Below, piece by piece: positions 60,507-64,000 of a DNA stretch of 64,000 nt (positions are counted from its first letter, which is position 1; every line of letters begins with the position of its first letter). A program made the position numbers and the translations under genes. Origin of the DNA: Squalus acanthias (lineage: Eukaryota). The stretch spans positions 37,944,001 to 38,008,000 of the forward strand of contig CM059435.1 in assembly GCA_030390025.1 (NCBI GenBank). The letters are read 5' to 3'. The notes below the pieces were generated by a model. It worked only from the letters and a program-made list of their open reading frames with translations, made no database searches and was not told the origin of the DNA.

Positions 60507-62034
60507 TACTGGGAGCGCCAGCATTTTCTAATGGAGCACTTCTTTCACTAACAGCTCCTTATCCTGCATCTGAAGCCTCAAAACCAGCCTCTGAAGAGCG
60601 CCTCCTGCTGCACCGAATATTGATTTTCATTCTCTGCATGGCTGCACTACAACATGGGTGGGGGCGGCTGTGCACGCAAGAAGTGGAAAAATGTTTTGCC
60701 ATTAGCTTACTGTACAGAAAACAAGAACCATTCCAACTTAAATTTATTTAAAAAAATACATTTCTAACCCAAGGTCTAGAAAAAATATTAAACTATTTCA
60801 TTTGATGCAAAACATTTCTAAATGCATTTTCCTGCATTTCGGTGCCGTGGTTTGCAACATAAAGGACCTGATAACAGTTGGGTCCCGATAAGATTTCTCC
60901 AAAGAACACGTGCCAAATATTTCTACTTAAGCAATTACAAAACTGGGAATCCCTAAATCTATTCATGTCTGCAGTGGAGCAGTACTCGCGCCATTTTACA
61001 GCAACGTCACAGCCGGCAACCGGTCCAGAGGTGCACATTTTAACATTATCGCTATCAACTTATCCCATCCCTAATATTATCAGCATCATAAAATATCCAG
61101 AATTGTCACCGAGTGAACTCACGTGAATCCCTATATGTAAATTACAAATAAATTAAATCACAGTTTCCATCCACCCCGTCTTCTGTCTAGGGCGTTTCTT
61201 GCTGTCTGGATTGGTTGAGCATGCTGTCTAAAGACCATAGAGCACTAGAAAAGGTATTGAGCAAATGTGTAAACAAATGTTCGATCAGATTCACGACTGA
61301 TGGCACACACAGAATAGCCGGTGACAATTACTATTTTACATTTTAGGCATCCGAAACAGCGACGATTTCGAAGGGGCTCGAAATTAACAGAACTAATTTA
61401 CCGGTGGCTCAAACAACCCTGAAAACCTAAAAGCCTCTCTAGAAAAAAGCCCTAAAATGCCTCGATCCAACTAGTTCGAGACATACTTTTAGGTAATATT
61501 GTATTCCGCGATTAGGAAAGGTAACACTAGCATCGATTGGGTGACTTGACCTATCACATATGCATCAAATCGATACATAGTAAATTATACTAATATCTGA
61601 ACCCGCACCTAGCTTTGAAGTACAATAAACACATAAATGATCGACTGCAATTACAAATGATGGGTTAATACAACTAGTTTCTGCTAACAAATTGTGCATT
61701 TGTCAAATTAAGCAAAAATCCTGGCGTCTGTGTATTTTTTAATCATGCAAATAGGCAACATACAAATAGGATAAAGCAATCGTTGCAGATGGATCTCTGT
61801 ACCTTAGGTCGATGCATCTTTAGCAATCGGTACTTTATATCTGGACAAAAATAAAGGAGAACCACTTGCATGCATCTCACACATTGCTCCAGTTTTTTTT
61901 CCCACCCAAATATTTTTTTTTGCAAAATGCAATCGGTTTGGGTTTTTTTTGGATTATAATTATTTGCAATCGTAAGATCAGATCTCGGTAATAGACTTTA
62001 TATATAAATTTAAAAAATAAAGAAATGTTCTCAC

Positions 62035-62450
62035 CTTTTTGTTTTCTTATTTTGTTTTAATTGTTCAATTAAGCGCGAGCCGGTCGGCCGAACCGGCAGC
62101 AGTGAGAGAAGAGCGCGAGCCGCAAACAAAGGGCCTCCTCCTCCTGCTGCCGCTTCAATCTCCTCACATCAACCCCGAGCGGCGGCCGCGGCGGTGCTTC
62201 CAGCGCTCACTGAAAGAGGGAGCTCTTTTTTGAGAGAGAGGAGGGGGGAAGAAAAGACAACTGAACGCCACCGAACGAACGGCTTCTGGATTTAAAAAAA
62301 AACTTAAACCGACTGAGCAAACTTTTTTTCTGATCGAAAACTTTTTGAGGCGCAAACCTCGAAGGGAAGAAAGGGGGGAAAAATTCAATTGCTTTCGGAC
62401 AATAATTCACTGAGCCTTCCCTGGCCAAAATGGCGTCCGAGAAAGAACGG
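62035..62450 (-). other. ADNP: ADNP non-coding first exon (5' UTR); TSS approximate
   Basis: CpG-rich segment ending in the donor AAAAAG|GTGAGA (62035/62034), immediately downstream of a promoter motif cluster and in the correct orientation for ADNP. Confidence 0.7.
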
Positions 62451-62970
62451 AAGTGACGTGTGTACTTTATTTGCATAGGGGACTATTGTCCAATAGAGAG
62501 CAGAGTTGAGCATTACTTTGAGGGCAATTCCCCCAAACTTCGAGGTTATTGCCCCCTATTGTTAGTCCCATTTCTGCTAAAAGTGGTTAAAAGGGGCAAA
62601 GTTGGTGTAATAATAGGAATAGTTCATGTTGCATAAGCACCCTTGCTGTATTCTCGCGAGAATTGGAGCAAGGCGTGTGAAAACGAGGCTTCTAAGCTTC
62701 CAACAGGGGGCGCTACCTGTCACCCGCCCTTTAGTTGCTGGCGAGGCACACAACTGCGCAGATGCGAACTAGGGCATCTGGCGCCTCCATCTGCTCGGCG
62801 TGCACTCACAGACCGAAGCACACATATGTGCACACCACCTGATTCAGCATTTGGGCTATCACTGCGCCTCACGACTGGTCCAGCACTACTTTCTGAGATG
62901 TTGGTGGGAAGTTAGCCATTTTGTCACACCAGAAAGTTGCACTTGACAAACAAGGACCATTATGCAAATA
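62420..62970 (-). promoter_or_regulatory. TATA-less CpG-island promoter of ADNP
   Basis: YY1 (AAAATGGCG 62427-62435), ETS-CRE composite (CGGAAGTGACGT 62448-62459), octamers (ATTTGCAT 62469-62476, ATGCAAAT 62962-62969), CCAAT (62490-62494), TCTCGCGAGA BANP/ZBTB33 palindrome (62652-62661), CTCF consensus CCAACAGGGGGCGCTA (62700-62715). Confidence 0.8.
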
Positions 62971-63211
62971 TTCAAACTTTGGGGTGCAGCCACTTTAGAC
63001 ACGTGACATGCCTTATTTAAGCAAGTCATTGGGTCACATAGATCTAAAAACAGTTGCAAGCTTAAGTATCTTCAGTTAGCTATGGAAAGATGAAGCATTG
63101 TACCATTCAACTCATCATGAACGCCCAATGTTTGAGTAGTTTGAAATGCATGGTAGCCACTTATGAATGGTAAGAAATTAGACTGTCCAACAGTTACATG
63201 GTGAGGGATAG

Positions 63212-63350
63212 GAACATAAGAAATAGGAGCAGGAATAGGCCACTTGGTCCCTCGAGCCTGCTCTGCCATTCAATAAGATCATGGCTGATCTTGGGCTCAA
63301 AGCCAGTTCCATGCCTGCTCTCCATAAGCCTTCACTCCTTTATCTTGCAA
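63212..63350 (-). mobile_element. CR1 3' tail fragment
   Basis: GAACATAAGAAATAGGAGCAGGAATAGGCC...CTCGAGCCTGCTCTGCCATTCAATAAGATCATGGCTGATC, as at 11755 and 21019. Confidence 0.9.
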
Positions 63351-64000
63351 ATGTAATCATGTAATATGCTATTAAAGCTATCCTTTGAATTACATAATAC
63401 TGGTTAGCAAGTGGTCAATGTCTCAAGTTATCGTGTATACAAATGACAAGGTAATGGAGGTTCACCACACCCAAGTTTTAACATAGCATAGTTTTCAATG
63501 AAAAAGCCGTGTTAACTAACTTAACCTTTTCACTCTGAAATATGGACTCATACTCACTATTATATGATATATGGTGAAAGTGATGTGACATTTATTACAT
63601 CAATATGCAATTCCTTCAAAGGTATGAAGATATTCTTGCAGCTGGAAGCTGAGCATAAGCAATTGTAACAAAACCTGCGCAAGACTTTTTTTTATTTACA
63701 AAAAACACTGATTCTTCCGTACCAGCTATTTCAGAATACCTTATCTGAAATTAAATGGATTGTGGATTTTGTAATGGTTCCAATGACAGTTGTGTTCTCT
63801 AATTGTAGGTGAAAATGTTTTGTATCTGTTTTAAAATGGTTATGGGAGACACTCCGCTTTTTACTGGTAGAATGCATCTACCAGTGGTTAACAGAGATCA
63901 TTTGAAAATGTAAAAGGATTTCTACAAGTTACAACTTTACCAATAACAATCTACCAGTTAGTGCCACCTGTTGTTTGAAATAATTGTTTTAAAATATGAT

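Noticed and set aside
63350-64000. DPM1 coding sequence expected upstream of ADNP
   Set aside because: No recognisable DPM1 peptide in the window. Only an AT-rich stretch with a possible minus-strand AATAAA, which is not enough to annotate.

Overview
Eukaryotic, AT-rich vertebrate genomic DNA. It is almost certainly an elasmobranch (shark/ray), judging from the HE1-type V-SINE, SacSINE1/DeuSINE-type SINEs and shark-type CR1 LINEs. Two protein-coding genes converge tail-to-tail. (1) The last two coding exons of a BCAS4 orthologue lie on + (6644-6778, 7144-7263). (2) A complete ADNP gene lies on - : CpG-rich promoter and non-coding exon at ~62.0-62.8 kb, coding exons 41919-41812, 40250-40158 and 38821-35105, 1305 aa. 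The intergenic region (~10-33 kb) is a stack of nested CR1/L2 LINEs, SINEs and MITEs, many with readable target-site duplications (TSDs). Most notable observations: a 174-aa, 36-bp-unit minisatellite in the ADNP C-terminus that carries four PXDLS-type (CtBP-binding-like) motifs; loss of the NAP/SIP motif in this ADNP; two short TSD-flanked retroposed elements that begin exactly at a minimal hammerhead-ribozyme core; and a Harbinger/PHIS-type transposon family with ANT TSDs plus an intron-containing Myb/SANT gene remnant. All family assignments come from motif recognition by eye; no database search was run.
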